DNA of 64,000 nucleotides from Polyangiaceae bacterium (GTDB lineage Bacteria; Myxococcota_A; Polyangia; Polyangiales; Polyangiaceae): NCBI GenBank assembly GCA_965222375.1, contig CBDCTZ010000011.1, positions 96,001 to 160,000 of the forward strand, read 5' to 3'. Shown piece by piece: positions 20,130 to 30,145 of this stretch (position 1 is its first letter; each line of letters starts with the position of its first letter). The notes under the pieces were generated by a model. It saw only the letters and a program-made list of their open reading frames with translations, ran no database searches and was not told where the DNA came from. The position numbers and the translations under genes were made by a program.

Positions 20130-20297
20130 ATGATGTTGACCGTATTGTTGGTGATGGCGCTCGTTGCGCTAACGATGGTCGCCCTCGCAGTCGGGCTGCT
20201 TCTCAACGGAACAGAATTGCGAGGTTCCTGCGGTGGCGCGGCGGGCGACTGCAGCTGCATAGGTCATCGCGATTGCCCGAAGCGAAATAGGGGATAG
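20130..20297 (+). CDS. nqrM: Na+-NQR maturation protein NqrM
   Basis: Single TM followed by LRGSCGG and further Cys; located right after apbE. Confidence 0.85.
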   Translation: MMLTVLLVMALVALTMVALAVGLLLNGTELRGSCGGAAGDCSCIGHRDCPKRNRG

Positions 20298-20348
20298 TTG
20301 CGCGCTTGTGGTACGCGGCTTGCTACAGGATCTGCGGGAGGTTCCGCC

Positions 20349-20798
20349 ATGGATGTGATTACCGGCGTTCGCGAGCTACTCGAAAAAAAAGGCCGCACCG
20401 TCCATACGATAGAGCCAGACAAGCCGCTCACCGAGTGTGCCCGCATCATGCTCGAGAAGGAGGTGAACTCCCTCGTGATTCCGAACCACGGCGGCGTGGC
20501 GGGAATCATCACGTGGCGTGAGGTGATGCAGGTGGCTGGCACGGAACCGGGCGGGCTCGCGGCCAAGACCGTCGGCGACGTGATGATAAAGGAGCCACCG
20601 ACGGCGAATGAAGATGCCAGTCTCAAAGAGGTGGAACGGATGATGATCGAGACGCGTCTGCGCCATCTTCCCGTGCTCAAGGATGGCGAGCTTTGCGGAA
20701 TCATCACGCGCATCGACGTGCTGCAGCTTCACCTCGACCACGCGATCCGGCTCAGCAGCGAGCTCGAGTCGTTCATCAGCGGCGTCTACAGGCGCTGA
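20349..20798 (+). CDS. CBS-domain pair protein
   Basis: LLEKKG..., GIITWRE, RLRHLPV, GIITRID. Confidence 0.88.
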   Translation: MDVITGVRELLEKKGRTVHTIEPDKPLTECARIMLEKEVNSLVIPNHGGVAGIITWREVMQVAGTEPGGLAAKTVGDVMIKEPPTANEDASLKEVERMMIETRLRHLPVLKDGELCGIITRIDVLQLHLDHAIRLSSELESFISGVYRR

Positions 20799-20807
20799 GG
20801 AGGTCTG

Positions 20808-21842
20808 TCACTGCTTCGAACAGAGTAGGTTTCCCGCCTTCTGTGCACCTGGACACGGGGAGTCTGCGCTCATGGTGCCAGCAAACGAGAAAAAGAGCGT
20901 AGACTCGACGACGGCGAGGGAGCCGCCGGTGAGGGCCAGCCGCCCCGGAGTTTGCGACGGTGTACCTCCTGGGCCGATCAGAACTGCGCAGGGTGCCGTC
21001 AAGTGCTGGTTCTCGTCGGGTACCGCCGTCGTGGCCGTCGTCACCCTCCACCGCGAGGTTCCTGTGAGATGCGAGTCACCGCTGTACAGCGCGGTTATCC
21101 CTTCACCGCTTTGCGCCAACACTAGCCCGCCGCCGTCGCCTCCGGTCGAAACGTACTGGTTGAAACCATCGCCCTTCTGGAACGTCCCAATCTGCGAGCT
21201 GCAAGCGTAGTTGCCAATGGGCAACTGGTGGTCGACGGCCGATGGCACTGGTGCGTCGCCAGGTTCCTGTGAGGGGCCGTTCTGGCACAACAGCCACGAG
21301 CTGGAGGGCGAAGCCTGCGAGCCGCATGTTCCAAGATCGCTTCTGATGGTCCCCTGCAGAGCGATGAAGACCGCGCCCGAATCGTAAGTCAGCGTGCCGG
21401 CCTTGGTGCTGAATTCCGCCGCGTACACCTCTTGGTTCCCTACGCCCACTCCGAGAACGCAAAGACCCGACGAGCCAGGGGCCAGTTGCCCCGCTGGACC
21501 AAGAGTCGCCGTGGTGGCCGTGCGGACAACGAAATCCAACAAGCTGGTCTGGCCGCTATTTTCGACGTAGTTGGCAGTGACCGTTTGCCCGGACTGCGTC
21601 AGCGTCAGGAGCGCACCGGACTCGAAGCCGCTCACGTTCAGGAAGACGTTGCTATCCAGGTTCTTTACTCCTCGGGCGCAGTTGGTGTACGTCCCGACGG
21701 GGAAGATGGGCGTGGCGATCTCCCTCGCGCCTACATCGTCCGCCACCGTGCGAGCGCCGCATGCGGTGAGCAAGAGCGAGAGGAGTAGCGATCCGCGGGC
21801 CCAGAGGACGCCGCAACCGTAGTGGATAGCGCATGGGTTCAT
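20808..21842 (-). CDS. Hypothetical lipoprotein with an internally duplicated beta-rich domain
   Basis: Lipobox LLTAC; halves share PVGTY/PIGNY, LTQSGQTVTANY/LAQSGEGITALY and TATTA. Confidence 0.65.
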   Translation of the reverse strand: MNPCAIHYGCGVLWARGSLLLSLLLTACGARTVADDVGAREIATPIFPVGTYTNCARGVKNLDSNVFLNVSGFESGALLTLTQSGQTVTANYVENSGQTSLLDFVVRTATTATLGPAGQLAPGSSGLCVLGVGVGNQEVYAAEFSTKAGTLTYDSGAVFIALQGTIRSDLGTCGSQASPSSSWLLCQNGPSQEPGDAPVPSAVDHQLPIGNYACSSQIGTFQKGDGFNQYVSTGGDGGGLVLAQSGEGITALYSGDSHLTGTSRWRVTTATTAVPDENQHLTAPCAVLIGPGGTPSQTPGRLALTGGSLAVVESTLFFSFAGTMSADSPCPGAQKAGNLLCSKQ

Positions 21843-21932
21843 GGATTCACGTAGAGTACCTCCCCCGCCTCAATCCCATGATGCGAATGAGTGTAACGGT
21901 AGTCTCAAGGGCGTGCACGACAAGCGGAGTTC

Positions 21933-22103
21933 GATGGCGCGACCAAGGCTCTCGCGAAAGACCCCGAGCTCAAGGGTAGGGTGGTGGTGCGGTTCGTCAT
22001 CGGCCGCGGCGGACTGGTCACGGAAGCGACCAACCACGGCCCTGCGATCCAGGAGCAAGGCTCTGGATCAGGCTGGTCACCTGTGGGGCCTGCCGCCGCG
22101 TGA
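21933..22103 (+). pseudogene. Remnant of an AgmX/PglI-like (TonB C-terminal) domain
   Basis: Frame reads ALAKDPELKGRVVVRFVIGRGGLV; in-frame TAG at 21900-21902 and no start codon before the motif. Confidence 0.5.
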
Positions 22104-22309
22104 TGGGTGTGAGCTTCGTGGGCAGCCTGTCCAAGCTCAGCGATGAGCAACTGCGCGTGGTGCAGGAGCGCATTGGGTTTGGCGCGGAAACGTTGCTCGC
22201 CACGCCCGCTCAGTGGCGGGCGGCCTATCGCGGACGACCGCTTCCACCTCTGCCTGAGGGTGCTATTGCGCTCGACGCGGCTGTGCCCTAGGTCCCGCGT
22301 GAACGGCCG

Positions 22310-24673
22310 CTAATTCCGCAGTGGCTTGTTCTTCATCAACATGTGCTGCATGCGGTCCAGCGTCTTCTGCTCACCGCATAGGCTCAAGAAGACTTCGCGC
22401 TCCAGATCGAACATGTCCTGCTCGGTCACGGGGCGTGATGCACCGCCGGCGCCACCGCAGAGGATGCGGGCGAGCTTCCGGGCGATGAAGCCGTCGTATT
22501 CTGTAGCGAAGCCAGCGGCGATCATGGAGTCGACCAACATGCCAAGGGTGGCAATGCCGCTCTCGCCAGGGAGCTTATGGGAGCGCGGCGCTCGCGGGTG
22601 GTAGCCGCTCTCCGCCATGCCAATTGCCCGAGCCTTGGCTTCGGTGACTAGTCGCGCCTTGTCGAAGCTGATGCCGTCGCTGCGGCGGAAGTAGCCGAGC
22701 TCTTGGGCCATGCCGGCGCTGGTCGCCACGTTCGCGGTCGCGATGTTCTGAAACACTCGACCCACCAGGGACTGCACGATGACGTCAGCACCTTCGGGGA
22801 TGCCTTCCAGGGCCCGCCACACCAATGCGGTGCAACCGCCACCCGCTGGTATCAAGCCGACGCCGACCTCGACCAAACCAGCGTAGGTTTCGGCTGCCGC
22901 TTGGACTGCGTCAGCCGCCATGCAGACTTCGAGACCACCGCCCACCGCCATGCCGTAGGGCGCCGCCACGACCGGGATCTTCGAGTACTTCATGCGCTGA
23001 CCAGCGTTCTGCAGCGCACTGACCATCTTGCCGATCTCGTCCCACTGCTTCTGTTGCGCAGCCACGACGACGCCGAACAAGTTCGCGCCCACGGAGAAGT
23101 GGTCGCCTTCGTTGGCAATGACTACGGCACGGAAGTCCTTTTCCGCACGATCGACAGCATCATTCAGCATCTGGATCACTTCGGGATCGATACTGTTCAT
23201 CTTGCTCTTGTAGGTTATGCCCAGAACGCCGTCGCCGAAGTCCCAGGCTTCCGCGCTGCCGTTTTCGAGGACCGGTTTGCTCCCGCTTCGCACGGTGCGC
23301 ACGGTCTTGTTTCGAGGATCCGTCTTCTGAGTGACGTACTCACCCTTGGCCAGCTCGAAGACCTTGCCGTCCTTGTAGAAGGCGGTTGCTCCAGCTGCTT
23401 TCATCTTCTTGACGTTCTCGGGGATCTCGAGGCCGTCTTTCTCCATGCGCTCGAGTACGGCGGCAAAGCCCATGGCGTCCCAGCTTTGGAAGGGGCCGAG
23501 CTCCCAGTTGTAGCCCCAGCACATGGCATCATCGATGGCCGTGATGCTGTCGGTGATCTCGCCGATCATTTTTGCTGAGTAGAGCAGCGCACGCGCCGTG
23601 AGCTTCCACGCGAAGGTGCCCGCGGGGCCCGTATCCTCGAAGAGCTTCTTGACGCGTTCGGTGGGATCCTCGATCGCGCCGATCTCTTTGCACTTGCTCT
23701 TGATCTCCGCATTGCCCGCCTTGTCGCGGTACTCCTTCTTATAGGGGTCGAAGGTCTCGATGCCCGCCTTGCTCTTCTTGTAAAACCCCTGCTTGGTCTT
23801 GTTGCCCAGCAGGCCACCCTTGACCATTTCGCGGATGTACTCGGGGAGCTTGAATACGTCGCGCTCGGGATCTTCCGTGAGCGCGGCGTAGCAGTTGTCC
23901 GCGACGTGTACGACCGTATCCAGCCCGACCATGTCTGCCGTGCGGAAACTGGCGCTCTTGGGGTGAGCCATGGGCAGCCCCGTGATGGCATCCAAGTCCT
24001 CGGGCGCGAGCTCGTCGGCGATCATTTGCTGAATACCGTAGAGCATGGCGTGGGTGCCGATGCGGTTACCAACGAAGTTCGGTGTGTCCTTGGCGTAGAC
24101 GATGCCCTTGCCGAGCACTTCTCGGCCGAAGTCCTCGATGCTCTGAAGCACGGCCTTGTCGGTTTCCGGGCCGGCGACGAGCTCGAGAAGCTTCATGTAG
24201 CGAACCGGGTTGAAGAAGTGCATCACCAGGAAGTTCTTCTTGAAGCCCGCACTGCGACCCTCGAGCATGTCTTTGATGCGCAGTCCCGACGTATTCGACG
24301 CAACCACCGTGTGAGCCGGCAGTACCTTCTCCAAGCGAGCGAACAAGCTCTGCTTGATATCCAATCGCTCTACGATGGCTTCAATCACCAGGTCGCAGCC
24401 CTCGAGCAAGTCGAAGTGGTCGTCGAGGTTCCCCGTGGTCACCAGCTCCGCGCGGCTCTTGTGGAAGAAGGCGGCGGGTTTGGCCTTGAGGGCCTTCTTC
24501 AGGCCGCCGTCGGCGAAGCCGTTGCGTGCCTTCGGATCCTTCTTTTCTGCGTCGCTGAGCTTCGGCGGCACGATGTCTAGCAGCACCACCTCGATGCTGG
24601 CGTTGGCCATGTGTGCGGCAATGCCGCTGCCCATCACACCGGCGCCAATCACGCCTACTCGTCGAATCGTCAT
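22310..24673 (-). CDS. fadN: 3-hydroxyacyl-CoA dehydrogenase / enoyl-CoA hydratase fusion (FadN-type)
   Basis: GAGVMGSG, SNTSG, HFFNP, C-terminal crotonase FSVGANL and GGGLE...EVGVGLIP, ending KPLRN. Confidence 0.9.
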   Translation of the reverse strand: MTIRRVGVIGAGVMGSGIAAHMANASIEVVLLDIVPPKLSDAEKKDPKARNGFADGGLKKALKAKPAAFFHKSRAELVTTGNLDDHFDLLEGCDLVIEAIVERLDIKQSLFARLEKVLPAHTVVASNTSGLRIKDMLEGRSAGFKKNFLVMHFFNPVRYMKLLELVAGPETDKAVLQSIEDFGREVLGKGIVYAKDTPNFVGNRIGTHAMLYGIQQMIADELAPEDLDAITGLPMAHPKSASFRTADMVGLDTVVHVADNCYAALTEDPERDVFKLPEYIREMVKGGLLGNKTKQGFYKKSKAGIETFDPYKKEYRDKAGNAEIKSKCKEIGAIEDPTERVKKLFEDTGPAGTFAWKLTARALLYSAKMIGEITDSITAIDDAMCWGYNWELGPFQSWDAMGFAAVLERMEKDGLEIPENVKKMKAAGATAFYKDGKVFELAKGEYVTQKTDPRNKTVRTVRSGSKPVLENGSAEAWDFGDGVLGITYKSKMNSIDPEVIQMLNDAVDRAEKDFRAVVIANEGDHFSVGANLFGVVVAAQQKQWDEIGKMVSALQNAGQRMKYSKIPVVAAPYGMAVGGGLEVCMAADAVQAAAETYAGLVEVGVGLIPAGGGCTALVWRALEGIPEGADVIVQSLVGRVFQNIATANVATSAGMAQELGYFRRSDGISFDKARLVTEAKARAIGMAESGYHPRAPRSHKLPGESGIATLGMLVDSMIAAGFATEYDGFIARKLARILCGGAGGASRPVTEQDMFDLEREVFLSLCGEQKTLDRMQHMLMKNKPLRN

Positions 24674-24871
24674 GAGATATCCTCGTGGGGCTTTCCGGCT
24701 GCCCTCGGCAACCGCGCAATGGTCGCGGGTGCGACCGGGAATCGATGCGCGGAACCCTTTTACAGAACGGCTCCGGAGGCAAGAGGCGTTCGTCAGGCGG
24801 CGGCCTCGCAGTGCACAGGCCTGCGCGAATCACGCAGGGCTCAGGCGTCGCCCTGGGCGAGTGGCGCGTAG

Positions 24872-25925
24872 CTAGCGTCGATCGAAGATCGGGCTGAAGC
24901 CCGGGTTGAGCCCGGTGTTCGGACGGGTCTGTTTCCTGAGTGAGGCGGGAAGTGGTCTGCGACGCGAGGCGCGTTGGGAATTTGGTGGTCGGGTGCGTGA
25001 GCCAGTGAACGTCAAACTGGGCCTGCGGCTATGAAAACCCTTCATCTGGTACGACAGCCACCGACCGCCGATCTCCACGTCCAATACGCGACCCCGGGTC
25101 TTCAGATCGAAGTGATTCGCGGGCATCGCCTTCTTTTCGACAATACGCCCATCGGCTTGTCGCACCACTCGAAGGAAAGCTCGCTCCCCTGTGAACCCAT
25201 AGCCTACGACAATGTGCTTGCCAACTACACGAATGACGCCGTTGCTCGTCAACGATGGCGTGCGCCACAGCACCGTTCTTGTGAAGGGATCCACCGCGAC
25301 CAGGGATGAGCATCGCCCCCCGGCCTGGCGCGAATAGCTTTGGCAAGCTTCGTTGAAGTACAGCTTGCCGGCGGCATAGCGGATGTCCTGCACTTCTAGA
25401 TGGTGAGAGCGTGAGAGCAGGGGATTGAGAGGCAACGCAGCCTGGAGACTTCCGGTGCAGGAAAACAAGCGAGCCTCGAAACGGCCATTGGCGCTGCCGC
25501 TCGCGGGTGCACTGCGGTAGAGCGCCAAGTAGCCGCCAGGCACCGGATCGAGGACCTCGAGCTCCATGTTCCTGATCGTGAGGGGAACGAACAGAGGCAC
25601 TTCGGGCCCTTCCCAAAGCCTCGCCCCAATTGAGCGATGGAGCCGGCTCTGGTGCGTTCGAAGACGTAGCCAGCGTTCCACTCTAGGGCGCGGCGGCGAT
25701 TCAACGACGAGCGTGCCCGACTTGCGAAGGGTTGGCAGGCCGGTTGGTTTGGCGCATTTGGTGGCTGCCCCAACCCTGGTCGTGGTTGGGATTCGTTTGA
25801 CAGCAGGCAAACGTCTGGCGGAAGGCAACTCTAACTTCGGCTTTGCCCGAGCACTCCCGGACCCCACTGCTCAAGACCATTAGTGCCGCTGCGCCTACAA
25901 CCCACGCTCCAGGAAGAATCTTCAT
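24872..25925 (-). CDS. Secreted PQQ-like beta-propeller protein, frameshifted at the end of its signal peptide
   Basis: Main ORF 24872-25867 (LVAVDP..VLWR). An out-of-frame upstream ATG at 25925 encodes MKILPGAWVVGAAALMVLSSG, which joins SGSARA/KPK if one base is removed from the C4 run at 25862-25865. Confidence 0.6.
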
Positions 25926-26126
25926 GTTGCTGTGGTGTCGCAACTTCCGTTCCGTGCCAGCTTCGCCGCTGGTCTCGGCGAGTTTGTTTGCGTGTGAAGC
26001 CGTGTTCATGGGGCTTTGCTGTGGCAAAGGATTCACGCAGACCCACGGCGGAAGGTTTTCCGTGGACGTTCCGTACAACGCTTGCATCCTCCCTGTTGCA
26101 GCGTGCACCCCGGAAGTGGCAGTGGG

Positions 26127-27170
26127 TCAACGCGGAGGTTGAAAGGCGCCGCATGGAAGCACCGTGCCAGCGACGACCATGCCGAAGGGGCCGTGCAACT
26201 CTGAGGGCTCCCGGGAAGCGACGACGGTACCTGTCTTGTTGAACACATATAGATCCGCCGGAGCAACGCCTGCGCCATCTTCGAAGTCGCCGGTGTAGAT
26301 CAATCCTGCTTGATCCACCGTGAGTGGGACAGGCCAGAGCAGTCCGGGATTGGAGATGGTGTTCAGCACTGAGCTTGGGGAACTCGGCGTGACCCGCGCA
26401 ATCCCCACGCCCGCGGCGAGGGCGACGAGCAGGTTGCCGTCGGCTGCGAATTGCAGGCCCTCGGCGTTCCCAGGAACGTCGAAGGAGTCGAGCACGCTCA
26501 AGTTGTTCTTGTCGACCTTGTAGACGGTACTCTTGCTAGCGGAGGTTTGACTCGCCACATATAGGTTTCCGCTCGGCTCGCAGGTGATGCCCGTGAGTTG
26601 TCCTGTGGGCAGGCTGAAGGTCGTCAAGTACTTGTAGGTGGCATCGTACTTGTGGATCTCGTCCGTGCCGCCCGTCGATGTCGTCGTGTAGAGGTTGCCT
26701 TCGATGTCGAAGATCACGTTCTCAGTTCGCTGCGCTTTGGTCTTCGGGTGACACACAGACACGGTGCCGGGCTTCGAGAACACACAGAATTGATCGAATG
26801 CGGCAACGACCAAATGACCGTTGTTGTCGAAGACCATGCCCGACGGCCCCTCGGTCACGGAAAAGCTTGGATGCGTCCAGCTCGACACCGACTTCAGGGA
26901 AGCGTCGTACTCGAACACCATCTTGTCGTTCCACCCGGCGACGAACACATGTCCCACGGGGAACGGCGGCGGTCCGCTGTCCAGAGTCACACTTCCGCCG
27001 GTGCCGCCGCTGCCCCCACTGCCTGACGCACCACCTGCTGCGCTGTCGACGGCGGCATCGGTCGCTCCTCCTCCGCTGCCCCCGCTGCCGCCGTTCCCAG
27101 CAACGCCGCTCGAGTCGTCGGCGCTGCAGGCGGTCAAGAGCAATAGAGCCAAGCACAACGTCGACTTCAT
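26127..27170 (-). CDS. Lipoprotein with Gly linker and NHL/SMP-30-like beta-propeller
   Basis: MKSTLCLALLLLTAC lipobox; repeated blades PSGMVFDNNGHLVVA, FDIEGNLY, EPSGNLYVA, AADGNLLVA. Confidence 0.8.
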   Translation of the reverse strand: MKSTLCLALLLLTACSADDSSGVAGNGGSGGSGGGATDAAVDSAAGGASGSGGSGGTGGSVTLDSGPPPFPVGHVFVAGWNDKMVFEYDASLKSVSSWTHPSFSVTEGPSGMVFDNNGHLVVAAFDQFCVFSKPGTVSVCHPKTKAQRTENVIFDIEGNLYTTTSTGGTDEIHKYDATYKYLTTFSLPTGQLTGITCEPSGNLYVASQTSASKSTVYKVDKNNLSVLDSFDVPGNAEGLQFAADGNLLVALAAGVGIARVTPSSPSSVLNTISNPGLLWPVPLTVDQAGLIYTGDFEDGAGVAPADLYVFNKTGTVVASREPSELHGPFGMVVAGTVLPCGAFQPPR

Positions 27171-27223
27171 GAGTCGAGAGTACGACCGATGAGCTGGTCG
27201 AGCCGCCCTTTTGTTTGGGGTCG

Positions 27224-29200
27224 GTGCGCCAGGCAAAGCCTGGATGAGGAGGAGGTCGACTAGAGGAAAGTAGAAAGAAACCTCATGATGGGACCTCGCG
27301 GGTGCAAATCCCGTCCGGCCAAGGTGGACCACCAGCCGGAAGCGAGTCTTGCGTGGCCGTACGACCGCAGAAGCGGGAAGGAAAGCTGCGAAGCGTAGAC
27401 AGCAAGCGCGCGGGCCGCGTGATTGAGCCTCGTAAGAAACGAGTCGTGGATGCCGACGCTGTCGACCCGATGCGGAAGGCAACATCGCTTGCAGGAAAGA
27501 GTAGGGCGGCCAGCCCGAATGGTCCGACTGAATGCGAGCGGATCCACCGGGGTCTTTAGAGCGGGGCACGTGTGCACAGGTCCCCCAGGAACCTGGGAAA
27601 TCTCGTCGTCTCCTATCGAGAGAGAGGTACTGCCGAACGAAGGCAACGAAGTGACGCAGGATGGGCGGCGAGAAGGCCGAGCGCTCCATAGTAGCCGTTG
27701 AAGCAGGGGAAGTGTCCAAGCGACCCTGTGGAGGGAAGGGAGTGCCGCACTATCGGAACTGTTGGAGAGAAAGATGGCGGAGAAACAGAGCTCCACGAAT
27801 GTCTCAACGAAACTTCAGCGGATAGCAAAGCTGGCGAAGCAAATGCCCGGGGTGGCGATGACGTCGCTGTCTCATCACATCGATGTCGAATGGCTGCGCG
27901 AGGCGTACAGACGCACGCGCAAAGGAGGCGCTCGGGGTGTCGACGGACGGAGCGCGGAGGAGTACGCGGCAAATCTGGAGGACAACCTCCGGTCGCTGCT
28001 CGACCGAGCAAAGTCCGGGAGGTACCGAGCGCCGCCCGTGCGGCGAGTCCAAATTCCAAAGGCAGACGGAAAGCAGATGCGACCCATCGGCATACCGACG
28101 TTTGAGGATAAGGTCTTGCAGCGCGCCATCGCAATGGCCTTGGAAGCGGTATACGAGCAGGATTTCCTCGATTGCTCGTACGGCTTTCGGCCTGGGCGGT
28201 CGGCGCATGATGCGCTGGCCGTTGTGCAACATGAGACGGTGAAGATGGGTGGCGGTTGGGTTTTGGAGGTCGACATTCGAAAGTTTTTCGACAGCTTGGA
28301 CCGCGCCAAACTTCGGGAAGTGCTCCACCAGCGGGTGCGCGACGGAGTCGTGCTCCGATTGATTGGTAAGTGGCTGAAGGCAGGGGTGTTGGAGAACGGG
28401 TCGCTCAGCTACCCAGAAACTGGCACGCCTCAAGGCGGTGTGATCTCACCAATGCTAGCGAACATCTTCTTGCACGAGGTGCTGGACACCTGGTTTGAGC
28501 GCGACGTGAAACCACGGCTGCAGGGTCGTGGGATCCTCGTCCGCTATGCCGATGACGCCGTGATGGTGTTTTCGCGCGAAGAAGATGCGCGCCGCGTCAT
28601 GGCCGTACTACCGAAGCGATTCGAAAAGTACGGTCTGACGTTGCATCCAGACAAGACGAGATTGGTTGAATTTTGCCGGCCAGACCGACGTCCACCCGAC
28701 GAGGGTGATGGCGGACGACCCAGCAGCTTTGACTTGCTCGGCTTCACGCACTTCTGGGCGAAATCCCGGAAGGGCAACTGGGTGGTGAAGCAGAAGACTG
28801 CCAAAGACCGCTTGAGCAGTGCGCTCATGCGCATCAACAAGTGGTGCCGCAGCCGCCGTCACTGCTCGGTCCAAGAGCAATGGCGGGTCCTGTCGCAGAA
28901 GCTACGAGGTCACTATGGGTACTTCGGGATAACCGGAAACTCGGCCGCGATCAGCAGCTTCCGCTATTGGACAACTCGTCTGTGGCGCAAATGGCTCGAC
29001 CGTCGCTCTTGGCGGTCGCGCATGAACTGGTTGAAAATGAAACGCTTGCTGGCGCGCTATCCGCTCCCGCCTGCGCGGATTCGACAACCCGTCCGTGCCC
29101 CATGCGCAGCGAACCCGTAGTGTGAGGAGCCGGATGCGGTAGTCCCGCACGTCCGGATCTGTGGGAGGCCTGGGCGGGTAACCGCCCAGGCCCACCCGAG
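27224..29200 (+). mobile_element. Group II intron (IIB-like, endonuclease-less bacterial lineage)
   Basis: 5' GTGCG at 27224. EBS1 CGACCC (27463-27468) is complementary to the exon end GGGTCG. Domain V 29127-29160 carries the AGC triad. Domain VI has a GTAA loop and bulged A at 29194. RT ORF lies inside. Confidence 0.93.
27774..29120 (+). CDS. ltrA: Group II intron reverse transcriptase/maturase
   Basis: [41 protein letters not shown]/maturase domain; no HNH domain. Confidence 0.95.
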   Translation: MAEKQSSTNVSTKLQRIAKLAKQMPGVAMTSLSHHIDVEWLREAYRRTRKGGARGVDGRSAEEYAANLEDNLRSLLDRAKSGRYRAPPVRRVQIPKADGKQMRPIGIPTFEDKVLQRAIAMALEAVYEQDFLDCSYGFRPGRSAHDALAVVQHETVKMGGGWVLEVDIRKFFDSLDRAKLREVLHQRVRDGVVLRLIGKWLKAGVLENGSLSYPETGTPQGGVISPMLANIFLHEVLDTWFERDVKPRLQGRGILVRYADDAVMVFSREEDARRVMAVLPKRFEKYGLTLHPDKTRLVEFCRPDRRPPDEGDGGRPSSFDLLGFTHFWAKSRKGNWVVKQKTAKDRLSSALMRINKWCRSRRHCSVQEQWRVLSQKLRGHYGYFGITGNSAAISSFRYWTTRLWRKWLDRRSWRSRMNWLKMKRLLARYPLPPARIRQPVRAPCAANP

Positions 29201-29302
29201 AGGGACGCGCTTGTGACGCGCTTCGTGATGCCCGAAGGGGCAATACCCGACGGGGTGCTGGGGCGTCGCTGTGGCTATAATCTCGCCCTGGCGCTCGCGA
29301 GG

Positions 29303-30145
29303 TCAGTCGCCTTGGATCTTCTTTTGGAGCGCGGCGAGTCGCGCTTCGGCGGCCTCGCGCGCAGATCGTTCATCAGCGGCGCGGGCCTCAGCGGCCTCGC
29401 GTGCGGCACGCTCATCGTCCGCGTGGGCTTCGGCGGCCTCGCGCGCAGAACGCTCGTCGGCAGCGCGGGCCTCGGCGGCCTCGCGTGCGGCACGCTCATC
29501 GTCCGCGTGGGCTTCGGCGAGCTCGGCGCGACTGAGCCATTCTCCGCTTCCGTCAGCACGTTCGCAGATGCGCAGGGGCTCCGGGAATATCCACGCACTC
29601 AGGGTGCTGGAATGCACCGGGCCGTCTCCGGCGTAAGTGCGCTCGAGATCCTGCTCGCGCAGCAGCCATTGCTGAACCGGGTAGGGACCCCCAAAGCGCT
29701 TCGGGCCGAAGCGTTCGGGATCGAGCACGATCAGCTCTTGGATCCGACAGAAGGCATATCGCTCTTGGATCCGTTCGTAGTCCTTGTTGGGGTGCCAGCG
29801 ACTCACCACCTCGATGGCGATGGACGGCGGTGGACGATTCGGCTCCCACAGCTTCCAACTGGACAACTCGCGATCGCTTTCGGGTTTGGGAGCGATCAGG
29901 CAGATGTCCGGGTCGATGCCGACCCTAGGCCGTTCCTTCGAGAAACGCAGCGCGAGGTTGCGCGCCACCGCCGCATCTCTGCCCGTGCGCTCGACCCAAG
30001 CTTCGAGCAGCTCCACCATTCTGCGCGCCGTGAGATCGTGCACTCGGGCCTCAGGCACTGTGCCCTCGGGCATGATCCAGTCGTCCCAACGGGGTTCGAC
30101 GGGATACCGCAGCGACACGCTGACGGGTGTTTGTGACATCGCCAT
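29303..30145 (-). CDS. Uma2-family (PD-(D/E)XK) putative endonuclease with coiled-coil tail
   Basis: PD...IAIEVVS...KDY...Y...IQELIVLDP; C-terminal AREAAEA repeats. Confidence 0.85.
   Translation of the reverse strand: MAMSQTPVSVSLRYPVEPRWDDWIMPEGTVPEARVHDLTARRMVELLEAWVERTGRDAAVARNLALRFSKERPRVGIDPDICLIAPKPESDRELSSWKLWEPNRPPPSIAIEVVSRWHPNKDYERIQERYAFCRIQELIVLDPERFGPKRFGGPYPVQQWLLREQDLERTYAGDGPVHSSTLSAWIFPEPLRICERADGSGEWLSRAELAEAHADDERAAREAAEARAADERSAREAAEAHADDERAAREAAEARAADERSAREAAEARLAALQKKIQGD
29342..29520 (-). repeat. 39-nt tandem repeat (78-nt higher-order unit) encoding a coiled-coil tail
   Basis: Alternating AHADDERAAREAAE / ARAADERSAREAAE units. Confidence 0.85.

Noticed and set aside
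26014..26066. Two small hairpins (CTTTGC/GCAAAG, CCACGG/CCGTGG) as a riboswitch
   Set aside because: Stems are only 6 bp and there is no recognisable aptamer consensus.
27171..27719. N-terminal extension of the 530-aa ORF 26127-27719
   Set aside because: It reads through the antisense of intron RNA domains; a lipobox start at 27170 is far more plausible.
27774..29120. Retron, DGR or defence-type reverse transcriptase
   Set aside because: The RT is embedded in a full group II ribozyme (GTGCG start, domains V and VI) and has a maturase domain.
29222..29251. Short inverted similarity to the Uma2 5' region ([10 protein letters not shown] vs WIMPEGTVPE)
   Set aside because: Too short and mismatched to call terminal inverted repeats; likely chance.
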